Source: Eledone cirrhosa
Lineage: Eukaryota
Direction of reading: 5' to 3'
NCBI GenBank assembly: GCA_964016885.1
Contig: OZ024740.1
Location: forward strand, 316,572,001 to 316,636,000
DNA: 64,000 nucleotides
Shown here piece by piece: positions 27,801 through 39,270 of this stretch. A program made the position numbers and the translations under genes. Numbering within the stretch: position 1 is the stretch's first letter; the number at the start of each line of letters is the position of its first letter. Under the pieces are notes generated by a model, which saw nothing but the letters and a program-made list of their open reading frames with translations, ran no database searches and was not told where the DNA came from.

Positions 27801-30800
27801 TTAAATCGCCCCCAGTGCATTACTGGTACTTTATTTTATCAACTCCGCAAAGATGAAAGCAAAGCTAACCTCAGCGTAAACCTGAACTCAGAACGTAAAG
27901 GCTATAACTCTATGCTGAAAAGCATGTTGTCCGACACTCTACCAATACTGCCAACCCACTTCCCTAATAATAATAACCCCAGCTACTTATTTCACATTTA
28001 CAGTGTTTCTGTTATAAGAAATAATACTTACTTCTCTTGACATTATCTCAGCATTTAAGAGTGAAGTAATTGATAAAGAAGAGTTGGTACCAAGATCTTC
28101 ATAACTTGTTCGTCGAATGCTGATTCGGTCTCTTTCATTCTGTACGGCTTTAAGAGACAAGAAATTATGTAAAGCTAGAGAAACATGTAATAGGTTTAAA
28201 TCTTGTTTTAAACTAAGGATAAATTTTTTAAAATCTTAGGACCTTCATCACTATCATCATCGTCGTTGTTTTAACATCCACTTTCCCTGCTAGCAAGGGT
28301 TGGATGGGTTCCCATAGGCCAAGTCTGTATTGAAGAGGAGCCACTTATTTTCCAGGTAAGCCAGGGATTTGTGTCTTGCTTATGTATGGTCAATGCACCA
28401 CTAAGTGTACAGTAGAGGTTGTCATGTCTTTGACACAACTGAAGGTCCGCTCAACCATTTGTAGACAGGATAAACCAGTTTGGGAGTAAAAAGAAACAAT
28501 ATTCATTGTATTACAGATACATATGCCTAAAAAGGGTTTGAGAGGACTCATTACTTGTGTCAAGGGCACAACAACTTCTCTAGTGTTGGTGATCTACATG
28601 ATAAACACACCCAGTACATTGTAAACTGATTGGTGATATGAGGGGCATCCAGCTGAAGAAAACTTGACAAACAAAGAGTTGTGAGTACTCTTCGGCAGTA
28701 TCGAAGACATGACAGCTTTCCTTGAGCTGGTATCATGAAAAAATCCACCCAGTTCACCCAGTAGATGTGAGAATGTTTGGTTTTCTAGCATGAAAGGGTT
28801 AATCATACTTAGTTCAAATACATGGAGAGTTGTAGATGGACAAACTATTAGGGTACCAATTTATTAACCAATGGTTTATATACTGATACTAATATTTCAC
28901 TGTCTCAGAAAGACACTTGACTCTCAGTAGCCTAAATACTGTATGACTATTGAATGTATTAGCTTGTAGTATTGAGCTCAAACTCTTTCTACAATATAGA
29001 GAAAGTAACAAGAAATGACTATGACTCCTTTATAACCCTTGTCAGATCAATATCTGACAACAAATGTTTCAATAATCAATCTATTAAGCTATTATTTGGA
29101 CACTAAATTTAGTATTGTTTTCCCTGTGGATGGCATCTCTAGTTGATTAACCTTACTGATATTATTTCTTTTAACGCATAGAGTTACGGTCCTTGCCAGT
29201 CTGAATTCAAATCCCACCGAGGTTAACTTTGCCTTTCATCCTTACGGGATCGATAAAATAAAGTACCAGTAATATACTGGGTAATTGTTGGCCTTGTGCC
29301 AAAAGTAGAAACAATTATTTCTTTTAACAAACTATCATACAATTTAATAATAGTTTATGATATATGCACAAGGCCAACAATTTCTTTATCTTATTGACCA
29401 CTAATGCACTGGGGTCGATTTAATCAACTTTCCCTCTCCTCAAAAAATGTTGGCCTTGTGCCTAAATCAGAAACCATACAATTTAACCCTTTAGTTACCA
29501 ACCCGGCCAAAACTGGCTCTGGTTCTATGAAATAAAACCACCAATTTTTAAGGATTCTAATTTAAATTAAAATCTGCCAACATAATTTTATATAAGAACC
29601 TTACATTAACCCTTTAACATTTACATTACTCTATATTTACTATTGTATTTTCATGGTAAGGGTTTTATCTCACATAATATTGAATCTATGAGATTTTAAT
29701 AATATTTATGTTGAGAACAATGCCTTAATGCTAGTATGAGTGGCCAATTATGACCGGTTTGAACAGAAAGAGGGTGAGAGAATTCTGGCTGGATATGGCT
29801 GGTTTAAATGCTGAAGGGTTAAGTTACTATCTGTTACTATTTTAGTAATGATATAATTAATAATTTTAGTAAATCCCTCAAAATTATTTTTCCTTAATTA
29901 AAATAGAGTGTATTTCATTAGAAATGCAGTCTTGAAAGAGTTAATAATTATTTCTACTTTTGGCACAAGGCCAGCAATTATCCCAGTGTATTACTGGTAC
30001 TTTATTTTATCAACCCCGTAAGGATGAAAGGCAAAGTTAACCTCGGCGGGATTTGAACTCAGACCATAAAGGGCCGTAACTCTTTGCTGCAAAGCATGGC
30101 GTCCGACCCTCTACCGATACTGCCAATCCACCTGCTAGTATAAACAATACAAACATGTACACATAAAACCTACCTTCTTTCCTCATTCCTGCTCGAAAAC
30201 ATTTCCTCAGTCGACAGTAACGACACTGGTTTCTCTTATCCTTATCCACAACACAATTTCGAGTAAAGCGACATGTATACACATGGTTTTTCCGCACACT
30301 TCGTCTAAAAAATCCTTTACAGCCATCACAACTGGAAGCTCCGTAGTGTTTACCAGTAGCTCTGTCACCACAGATTGCACAAAACTGGCTGACATTGACT
30401 GTTGGTAAGTTTGATGTAACAGATTGTACAGAAGATCCAGAGTTCAATGTAGGTATGCCATTTAAAATTTGGCTGTTCATATCAGGGGAATCTGGAAAAT
30501 ATTTAAAACAAAATGGCAGTGAGACATATGGAGAGGCTGGAAAGAAATGAAGTGAGCATGCTCTGTTGGATATGCAATGTTAGTGTATATGAATGATGGG
30601 GGGGGGGGGGGGACTGAGCAAAACCTGAGTATAAGAAAAACAAGGTGTAATGTGCAAGAGATAAGACTACACTGGTTTGGATACGTAATGTGTATGAATG
30701 AGGAATTCTAGGTTAAGAAATGCCAAGTGATGCCAGTGGAAGGAAGCTGCAGTAGAGGAAAACTGAAAAAAACCTGAGCAGAGGTGTTTACAGCTTATCT

Positions 30801-31481
30801 CAAAGGAGATGAAAGAATGCTGCAAATGAAGGAAGCTGTGCTAAGGAGGACCTATCCAACCCATGCTATTATTGAAAAGAGGACATAAAATGATGATGAT
30901 GATTATGAAAATATAAATATAATAAAACTGTGCCACAATAATATTCACATAGTATACTCTGTAGAGTGGTTGACAAATGAACAAAGATAAAATAAAGTAG
31001 AGAAGATTCTTTACTCTTGCTAAGGACATGACAACCTCTCTAGTGCTGGCGCCATAATAAAATGCACCCAGCACAAAATGTAAAATGGTTGGTGAGTGAA
31101 CTGAGACGTGAGGGTAGAGAAGACCCTTTAATCTTGTTGGATATGATAGAGACAGAGGAAATGCTAGGCCTTCACACCTGCATCTAGGGGTGACACCCAC
31201 CCACCCCGTTCTCCTGCTCCCATCATGTTATTTTTACAAAGTGACCTGTACCGTAAGGTTCACATCTTTAAATCAATAATCATTAAAACTAAATTACATG
31301 TCCACCATTTATTTTTTTCTGAAAAAAAAATGTGACAGACACATGAGACTCCCTCATTATTCTTGTTGATAATGATGATGATGATGATAATGATGATGAT
31401 AATGATGATGATGGTAATGATGATGCTGATGATGATGGTAATGATGACGATAATGATAATGATGATAATGATGATAATGAC

Positions 31482-31513
<32 letters not shown>

Positions 31514-33723
31514 CGATGATAAAGATGATAATAAATATATATATATGTCAAATATATATATATATGTCACAGTTCCAATATTACATGTGGTTACAATGTC
31601 CCAGGAAAGAAACACCAAACAGCCACCACCACCATCACCATCACCAACACCACCACCATCACCACCACCAACACTACCATCACCACCACCAACACCACCA
31701 TCAACACCACCACCACCGCCATCAACATCAACACCAAACAACCACCACCACCACCACCACCACCCAGGAAAGAATATTTATGTGTGAGAGTGAATGTTTG
31801 TGTGTGTGTGTGTGTGTGTGTCAGTATGTGTGTGGGGTGTGTATCTTTGTTGTGTCTGTGTGTGTTTGAGAGTATGTGTTTGTGAGTAGGTGTGTATGTA
31901 TTTGTATATGTGTGGGAGTGCGTATGTTTGTGATTGTATATCTGTATGTAGAAGTGTGTATGTTTGTGATTGTGTGTGTGTCAGTCGTTATGTATGTGTC
32001 TGTGAGTGTCATCTGTATATGTGTAGGAATCTGTGTGTGTAAATGAATGAGTGTATGTGTGTGTGTTAGTGTGTATGCCTGTGAGTGTGTGTGTTTGTGT
32101 GTATGTATATATATATATATATGTGCATCTGTGAGTGTATGTTTGAGTGTGTGTCTTTGAGTGTGTGTCTGTGAGTGTGTGTCTGTGAGTGTGTGTCTGT
32201 GAGTGTGTGTCTGAGTGCATGTTTGTGTGTATGCATATGTGTGTTTGTGTGTATCTATATGTGTGTGAGTGTGTTTGTGTGTGAGTGTGTGTGTGAGTGT
32301 GTGTGTGAGTGTGTCTGTGATTGTGTGTGAGTGTGTGTGTGAGTGTGTGTCTGTGAGTGTGTGTTTGTGTATGTATATGTGTGTGTGTGAGTGTCTGAGT
32401 GTGTGTTTCTGTGTATGTATGTGTGTGAGTGTGTGAGTGTGTGTGTGTGTGCGTGCATGCGAGTATGTGTGTGTGTGTGTGTTCGAGTGTCTGTCTGTGA
32501 GTGCATGTTTGTGTGTATGTATATGTGTCTGTATGTATATGTGTCTGTGTGTGTGTGAGTATGAGTGTGTGTCAGTGAGTGCATGTTTGTGTGTATGTAT
32601 ATATGTGTGTGTGTATGTGAGTGCATGTTTGTGTGTGTGTGTGTGTGTGCGTGCGAGTATGTGTGTGTGTGTGTTCGAGTGTCTGTCTGTGAGTGCATGT
32701 TTGTGTGGATGTATATGTGTGTGTGTGTGTGTGTGTTATATGTGTGTGTATGTGAGTGCATGTTTGTGTGTATGTATATATGTGTCTGTGTGAGTGTGTG
32801 TGTGAGTGTGTTCGAGTGTGTGTCTGTGAGTGCATGTTTGTGTGCATGTATATATGTGTCTGTGTGTATGTATATATGTCTGTATATATGTGTCTGTGTG
32901 TGTATGTATATATGTCTGTATATATGTGTCTGTGTGTGTATGTATATATGTCTGTATATATGTGTCTGTGTGTGTATGTATATATGTCTGTATATATGTG
33001 TCTGTGTGCGTATGTATATATGTCTGTATATATGTGTCTGTGTGCGTATGTATATGTGTGTGTGTTTATCAAAACATTACAATAAATAGCCACTCCATAT
33101 TTACTTATATTCAGTGATACAATAGAAAGTAAAATTTCAAAATGGAAAGACTACAAATGGCCCCTTGTGTGGTTGCTTAACCTCCTAGAAATAGCAACAA
33201 AATCTTCCTCTAATCACTCCCTACAGTCTTAAATAATTGCTTCTACTTTTGGCACAAGGCCAACAATTTCAAGTATATTACTGGTACTTTATTTTATCGA
33301 CCCCGAAAGGATGAAAGACAAAGTTAACCTCGGCGGGATTTGAACTCAGTCCGTAAAAGGACATAACTATGCTGGAAAGCATGGCGTCCAACTCTCCACC
33401 GATACTGCCAATCCGCCGCCCTACAGTCTTAAATAATGATTTCTAACATTGGCACAAGACCAGTAATTTTTTTTTTGTGCTGGTGGTGGTTGGGGGGGGG
33501 GGTGATTATAATACTCCCCTCCTCAGTACATAACACACACAAGCACACACACACATATACATACACACAGACACACACACATACATACACAAGCACACAC
33601 ATACATACGTAAACTGGCACACACACATATACGTACACAGACAGGCACCTCACATATACATACACAGGCACACACACACATACATACATACAGACACACA
33701 CGTACATATACACATACACACAC

Positions 33724-33780
<57 letters not shown>

Positions 33781-36700
33781 TACACACATACAAACAAACA
33801 GACACACATACACACAGTAAATACCACATGCACACACATTAAACACCACACACAAAAATCAAGGTAACTTCATTCGTGGAATCGATAATGTATCAGTAAA
33901 GGAGGGGGTGTATCTGTAGAATTGGTAGAGCGTCAGATAAGATATTTGTTTTGACTTTTGGTATTCTGATTTGAAATCCCACTGGGTCCTCCTACTTAGA
34001 TGGTAGACTTAATCTGTCACCTGATTTAATCATCAGGCCATTGGCTACCTTTAGTAGAGTCTTCAGTTTAGCCCTTTTGTTAGCAACCCAGCCAAAACTG
34101 GCTCTGGTTCTATGAAATAAAACCACCCATTTTAAATGGTACCTATTTAACTCATAACATCCTAAACCACATGAAATCACATTAATAAGATATTCTTGAA
34201 AAGTACAAAACAGTACTATCACTACATCACATTAAAATTGAAGTTACCAAATAAAACCACCCATTTTAAAGTTTGCCAATTTAAATTAAAATCTTCCAAC
34301 ATAATTTTATATAAGAACTTTACATTAAGTTACTATCTTAGTAATGAAATAATTGATAATTTTAGTAAATCCCTCAAAATTATTCATTAATTCAAATAGA
34401 GTATTTCTTTTGAAATGTAGTCATGAAAAGGTTAAGGATAAATTCCTCCCACCTTACACTAGTCTGAGGATCCCTAAATAGGATCATAGGCACTTCTCTT
34501 CTCTCTCTCACTAAACAGTAAATATTAAAAATTCTGGTTAAAATCATTGCTAGTCACTAGAAATATGGACTTTGACAGACATAAAATACCTGAACATTCA
34601 ACACATAACCTGCTAGAAATAGCAGCCAAGTCTCTCACAAATTACTCTACTGTCTTTTTTTAGAAAAATACAAAAATGAGGACACGTTAGATAATGTAGT
34701 CTGAGATAAACTTTGTCTGAAAAGATGGGATGGTCATGGCTAGAGAGACTTTGATCACAAGTCTGGTTGATAACGTGGCATCAAAATTATAAGCTATGAA
34801 TCAATATTTTTTTCATCTTGTTTTTCAAGCCTTTCATTACCATATTTCTAATGAAATATTTGCCTATGATTTTGAAAATAATCAAGAATTTGGAATGATT
34901 TAGTAATAAGATTTTCATCATTAAGCTAATATTTGGAGCATTATTTAACTTAAGATTCTTATATAAAATTATGAAGGAAGATTTTTAGATAAATATAGAC
35001 ACTTTAAAATAAAGTGTTGTATCAAAGAACCAGGGGGTAATTTCAGGTGGTATTGTATCAAAAGGATTCACAAGTTAATTCTAAACATTATTGTATTTGT
35101 ATTTACTAAATAGAATATTGTTATCTACCTGCTAATTAGAAGATACGGGTAGATATATTTCATTTATTCCTGCTTCATTCATCTTAAGTGTGAGCTACTT
35201 CTACTTCTAATAAACATTATCAAATAAAGATGACACATAATTCAGCATAGATTTATATGGGAAATAAAGTCTCCCCACTAAAAGAAGATTTTAAGAATCC
35301 CAGACTACACTATAATGTATTAAGGATGAAAGGCAAAGCTAACCTCTATAATGGTAAGAACTCGATTTATATAAGAAATAAAGTTCCCCCACTAAAAGAA
35401 GATTTTAAGAATCCCAGATACACTATAATATATTAAAGATGAAAGGCAAAGCTAACTTCTATAATGGTAAGAACTCAGAAGTAGTAGATAATGTAGAGAA
35501 ATTAATTATTCACCAGAATATTTATTCTAATGATTAACAATTGTACACAGCCAGCTCTGTAAGTGGCAGTGCTGGGGCAATGATAAAAAAACCCACCTAG
35601 TCCACCCTGTAAAGTGGCAGTACTGGAGCCATGATGAAAAGCACCCAGTCCACCCTGTAATGTGTCTGTACTGGTGCCACAATGAAAAGCACCCTTACTA
35701 CATTTCTAAAGACAGTAGTGAAGGAATCGCAATGAAATACTTCCAATATATTCTATAAAGTGGTTGGTGTTAGGGAGAGAATCCAGCCATAGAAGAAAAA
35801 AAAAACAACAAGCCTAAAATGGAGCATACCAGCAAAATATAGTCATCTGACTTGTCTAGCTTCAGTACATGTCAACCCATCTAACCCATGTAGGCATGGA
35901 AAATGGTGATGGACATTTGTACATTATTTTATGTACTATACATGTACCTTTGATGAGTTGTAGTGCATCTGAGCTTTGCACACAATAATTTTCATTATCC
36001 TTATATGATAATTATGAATATACATTAAGGAACTCTGAAATATTATTCTAAATGAACAAATATTTTCCTGTAGTATGAAGTGAATACTAAACTTAGTTGT
36101 GTATCTTTTTGGTCAACTGACACATAAGACATGATTTACAAATCTTCTGTCATCTCTAACATAAGATTGCTTCAAGAGAGTCTTTATTTCAAATAATACT
36201 CCTATTTAGTTATGTCCTTGAGCAAGATATTCTATTTATTTATTGTTGAGCAAGACACTTTATTTCATTCTGATCTAATACACACAACTGGCAAAAATGA
36301 ATTGTACCTGTAATTCAAAGGGCCAGCCTTGTTACACAGTATCATGCTGAATCTCCCTGAGAACTACGTTAAGGGTACACATGTCTGTGAAATGTTCAGC
36401 CACTTGCTTGTTAATTTATGAGCAGGTTGATTTGTTGTTCCTACAACTGGAACACTTGTTGAATTTTCATTATTATTATTATTATAATGTTTGTTAGGAG
36501 TTATAAAACATAAAATAACACTGTGTAGGATCCATCCATGCCTTTCCCAAAGAAAAATTAATAACTGCATCAACCAACAGTTTCAAGATCAGAATTTGAT
36601 TTTATAGACAAGGAACAACTTGGATATTATATGACTTTACTGAAAATATCTACTACGTACATATCTTGTCTAGAAACAAACACTTGCAGTATATTGGCAG

Positions 36701-37220
36701 AGTTAGAGATTCATACAAATACTACTAAGTATTTGTTCTGGGTCTTTGTTTTCTGATTTCAAATCCCAGTGGAATCAACTTGGCTTTCATTTTTTTCAGG
36801 GTTGATAAAATAAAGGGCCAGTACTGGGGTTGATATCATCGATTTTCCCCTTCCTCAGAATTGCTGGCCTTGTGTCAAAATTAGAAACAAATGTTATATA
36901 ATTTACTAGATAGTAGACTGCTAGATCAATAATATAGCTACTTGAACATTCTTAATAGTGTTGGTGATATAAGTGAAGGGAAAAGCGACATTTGGGAATC
37001 AAAACAAGTTACTAAGTCATTCTAATTCTCTAACAGTCACTTTACCTAAAATTTTTAAAATAAAATAAACAAACAATATTATGTACAATATTTTATTCAA
37101 TGATGGGGCCCACTACCTAAGAAGTAATTCTCCACAAAGACCCAGAAAAAATTAAATGAAAAATATATCTAATTTCTCACCTGTAAACCAATAAGATGCA
37201 TCAAATTCAGAAATCGGCAT
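19160..37220 (-). CDS. HNF4: Hepatocyte nuclear factor 4 (NR2A) nuclear receptor, spliced CDS: join(37181-37220,30174-30491,28032-28147,27399-27548,25803-26043,24354-24590,19160-19572), 1515 nt, 504 aa
   Basis: C4 zinc fingers [33 protein letters not shown]...[21 protein letters not shown]-box [13 protein letters not shown] motifs [53 protein letters not shown]-2 [11 protein letters not shown] and C-terminal KQEV. All introns are GT-AG and phases match. Confidence 0.97.
20270..21150 (-). pseudogene. Older, decayed RTE LINE fragment
   Basis: Frameshifted pieces [11 protein letters not shown]...AMLHGS and [12 protein letters not shown]...GRGRPRKS, homologous to the neighbouring RTE. Confidence 0.88.
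21283..23768 (-). mobile_element. 5'-truncated RTE-clade non-LTR retrotransposon (reverse transcriptase plus C-terminus, one frameshift near 22360) in the last HNF4 intron
   Basis: RT motifs [35 protein letters not shown] and YADD; C-terminal [11 protein letters not shown] and GRPRKTW; (GAT)n tail. Confidence 0.95.
24354..24590 (-). CDS. HNF4: HNF4 LBD/AF-2 exon (GARGLVD...[10 protein letters not shown])
   Basis: ORF 24277..24627 trimmed to the CCTTGTCAG acceptor and G|GTAAAA donor. Confidence 0.96.
25168..25545 (-). mobile_element. Decayed LINE 3' fragment with a locally duplicated end
   Basis: [11 protein letters not shown] motif; about 110 bp duplicated, each copy with a poly-G run. Confidence 0.6.
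25803..26043 (-). CDS. HNF4: HNF4 LBD exon ([15 protein letters not shown]...KGIIFFDP)
   Basis: ORF 25762..26037 trimmed to the CATTTAG acceptor and G|GTAAAA donor. Confidence 0.96.
26272..26555 (+). mobile_element. CR1-like LINE 3' fragment nested in a TTAA-flanked MITE (about 26151-26675)
   Basis: [19 protein letters not shown]-terminal motif and 3' tail TAGTGCACCT(G/C)AGCACTGTACACAATAA. Confidence 0.8.
27399..27548 (-). CDS. HNF4: HNF4 LBD exon (VISQP...[30 protein letters not shown])
   Basis: 150 nt, phase 0/0, TATTACAG acceptor, GTATGT donor; nuclear-receptor signature WAKxxPxFxxLxxxDQ. Confidence 0.96.
28032..28147 (-). CDS. HNF4: HNF4 hinge exon ([39 protein letters not shown])
   Basis: Not in the ORF track; translated by hand. 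TCTCTTAAAG acceptor, GTAAGT donor. Confidence 0.95.
29487..29940. mobile_element. piggyBac-type MITE family B; further copies at about 34070-34435, 34830-35070, 41530-41767, 43275-43882, 44092-44353, 57310-57544 and 60372-60611
   Basis: TTAA-CCCTTT ... AAAG(A/G)G-TTAA termini and a shared internal sequence between copies. Confidence 0.8.
29610..29818 (-). mobile_element. piggyBac-type MITE family A nested in family B
   Basis: TIRs CCCTTTAACATTTA / TAAATGCTGAAGGG with TTAA duplicated; the empty site is seen at about 34320 (TTACATTAAGTTACTATC). Confidence 0.9.
30174..30491 (-). CDS. HNF4: HNF4 exon encoding the whole DNA-binding domain
   Basis: TTTCCAG acceptor and G|GTAGGT donor; both zinc fingers present, P-box DGCKG. 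Confidence 0.97.
31366..33062. repeat. Compound microsatellite field: (GAT)n, (CAC)n and degenerate (GT)n, with a 36-bp higher-order unit near 32850-33050
   Basis: Low-complexity sequence that generates many spurious ORFs. Confidence 0.95.
33233..33420 (-). mobile_element. tRNA-derived SINE family 1 with a Meta/MESC-like core; further copies at about 13361-13475, 15945-16040, 27775-27965, 29176-29319, 29945-30134, 36694-36890, 40190-40407, 42730-42918, 52795-52972, 56195-56350 and 59795-60015
   Basis: A-box TGGCAGTATCGG, B-box GAGTTCAAATCC, core CTTTCATCCTTTCGGGGTCGATAAAATAAAGTACCAG; TSD of about 19 bp (CCCTACAGTCTTAAATAAT). Confidence 0.88.
37181..37220 (-). CDS. HNF4: HNF4 putative first coding exon ([13 protein letters not shown])
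   Basis: CCATC-ATG start context, 40 nt ending at a G|GTGAGA donor; phase 1 joins in frame to the acceptor at 30491 (G+AT = Asp). No homology check was possible. Confidence 0.65.
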
Positions 37221-37589
37221 GATGGAAACACCTTGCTATGAACCAAGTAACTAAGGCTTGGCGACATAACTATCTTAAATATATATACCTATGCTATCTG
37301 TTAAAATGGTTGCTATCAGCTGAGAGGAAAATAAAGAGAGAGTGGGAGAGAAAACATAAGATAGTGGTCGATCGTTTCAACACTGTTCATCTACAAGTGT
37401 GTTCATGTTATGTGAGAATCAGTTGTGAGAAGAAAACACTTAAGATAAAATGGCTCTGTTTATCAGAAGAGCAGTGTGTTTAGTATTCTATATGGAATAT
37501 TCTTTCAAATAAAACTGGACAAATTAAATATATTAAGCTTAGTCTAAATCTTTCTTCAAATTATTTAACTTTTGTCAGGACTTAATACT

Positions 37590-37840
37590 AGGGTTGAATT
37601 AACAAAATGTCAGATTCAGTTTATATAATGAACAAGACTGGAGAGGGGGGGGGGGAGAAAAAGAGAAAGAAAGAGAAAGAGAGAAAGAAAGAGAAAGAAA
37701 AAGAAAGAAGGGGGGAAAATAAGGAAGAAAAAAAAAGAAAAATATAAGGAAATAATAAAGAAGAAAACAATAGGGGGATGAAGACTTGTACACTCAATCA
37801 CACACACCAACAAAGGGTACTGGGGGTCACCCTTTAATAA
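37590..37840 (-). promoter_or_regulatory. Putative proximal HNF4 promoter (TATAAA at 37625-37620, pyrimidine-rich tract upstream)
   Basis: TATA-like motif about 400 bp upstream of the ATG in transposon-free sequence; positional inference only. Confidence 0.3.
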
Positions 37841-38357
37841 TTTGGGGGGAAGCCCAATATATTTGCAGTGTTGCTGCAGGTGATAGCGAGGCTAAGATGC
37901 TAGAATAGTCAAGCACCCTTGTGGGCATTAATTGATACTGTGGTAAGGCAAGCTGCCAATGATGACAAGAACTTAGTTGTCTTAATAATTTAGTCACTGT
38001 AAATATTAAAACTTATATTAAGGTAGATCGAATCTTTGGATTTGACTATGTGACATTCTTAGTAATAACTTATTTATCTTTGTTCATCATGCCAGTGCTT
38101 ATCCCTGGTTTCCTTTGTGTTAAGTGACTGAGAAAACAAGACTCTCCCTGGATAAGATGCATGTCTATCACATAATTAACTTCCCAGCTACTGCTGGTAC
38201 TCACTCTCAGCTGAGTATACTGGAGCAATGTGAAATAAAGTGTTTTGCTCAAGAACACAAAGCAGCCAATAACTTATTAATTATCACTAAAACTTACCGT
38301 ATATACTCGAAAATAAGCCAATACAGATATAAGCCAACCCCACTATTTTATATCTGA

Positions 38358-38543
38358 GGGCGGTGGATTGGTTGTATCGGTAGAGGGTCGGACACCATAC
38401 TTTCCAGCATAGTTACGTCCCTTTATGGTCTGAGTTCAAATCCCATCGTGGTTAACTTTTCCTTTCATACTTACAGGGTCGATAAAATAAAGTACCAGTA
38501 ATACACTGGGTAATTTCTGGCCTTGTGCCAAAAGTAGAAACAA
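38358..38543 (+). mobile_element. SINE family 1, full copy inside a pogo/Tigger-like MITE (about 38295-38708)
   Basis: 17-bp TSD ACTATTTTATATCTGAG; host element ends TACCGTATAT...ATATACGGT. Confidence 0.85.
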
Positions 38544-39062
38544 CTATTTTATATCTGAGAAATGGGCAAAAATCTAAATCTTATTTTCATAGAATTTCAA
38601 GTTGGTGAAAACTGTCAAAATATTGACTCCAAATGTAAGCCAACCCTACTTCTAACATCGATCTTTTTCATCACATATTCCTTGGCTTATATTCCTGTAT
38701 ATACGGTGATTACTGGAGTGTAGCTGAAAAATGTCCAGGAGCCAGAAGTGAGAGTTAGGTGAAAACCAATGTACCCATCTGTCCCTAAGGATAATGCTGA
38801 TGGTCACATATTCCTCAGCTTATATTCTGGTATACATGGTACTTTAATTGGAGTTGAGATTTCTTGATGAAAAATAGATTGTTTTCCAGCCAAAATATAT
38901 AGGCATTTCAGAAGAATCAACTCTCTCTCTCTCTCTCATTCAACACAAGCCAATAATACTAATAAGTTGAACAAAATTCTCATTTGAAGAACTTAAAACT
39001 TAAAATTGATAGCTTATCAATGAAATATCTTTTACAGAAATTTGAAAACAGAATTAGCTTAA

Positions 39063-39270
39063 CCTTTTAGCATTTAAACCAGCCATATCTGGCCAGAATT
39101 CTCTCACCTCTTTCTGTTCAAACCGGCTGTAACTGGCCACTCATACTGATGTTAAGGTATTGTTCTCAAAATAAATAATAGCAAAATCTCATAGATTCGA
39201 TATTATGTGAGATAAAGCCTTTACCATGAAAATATAATAGTAAATACAGAGTAATGTAAATGGTAAAGGG
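39063..39270 (+). mobile_element. piggyBac-type MITE family A (full copy)
   Basis: TTAA TSD and 14-bp imperfect TIRs; body matches the fragments embedded in the 41-bp satellite. Confidence 0.9.

Noticed and set aside
30037-30173. C-terminal extension of the DBD ORF (DBD-only isoform)
   Set aside because: Read-through past a good donor site into intron and SINE sequence; no support without transcripts.
33233-33420. tRNA genes suggested by A/B boxes
   Set aside because: These are SINE heads joined to core and tail sequences with TSDs; no cloverleaf is evident.
31289-33855. His-, Met-, Pro- and Cys/Val-rich ORFs
   Set aside because: Microsatellite translations.
35255-35480. Local ~116-bp tandem duplication
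   Set aside because: An ordinary duplication containing a SINE scrap, with no further structure.
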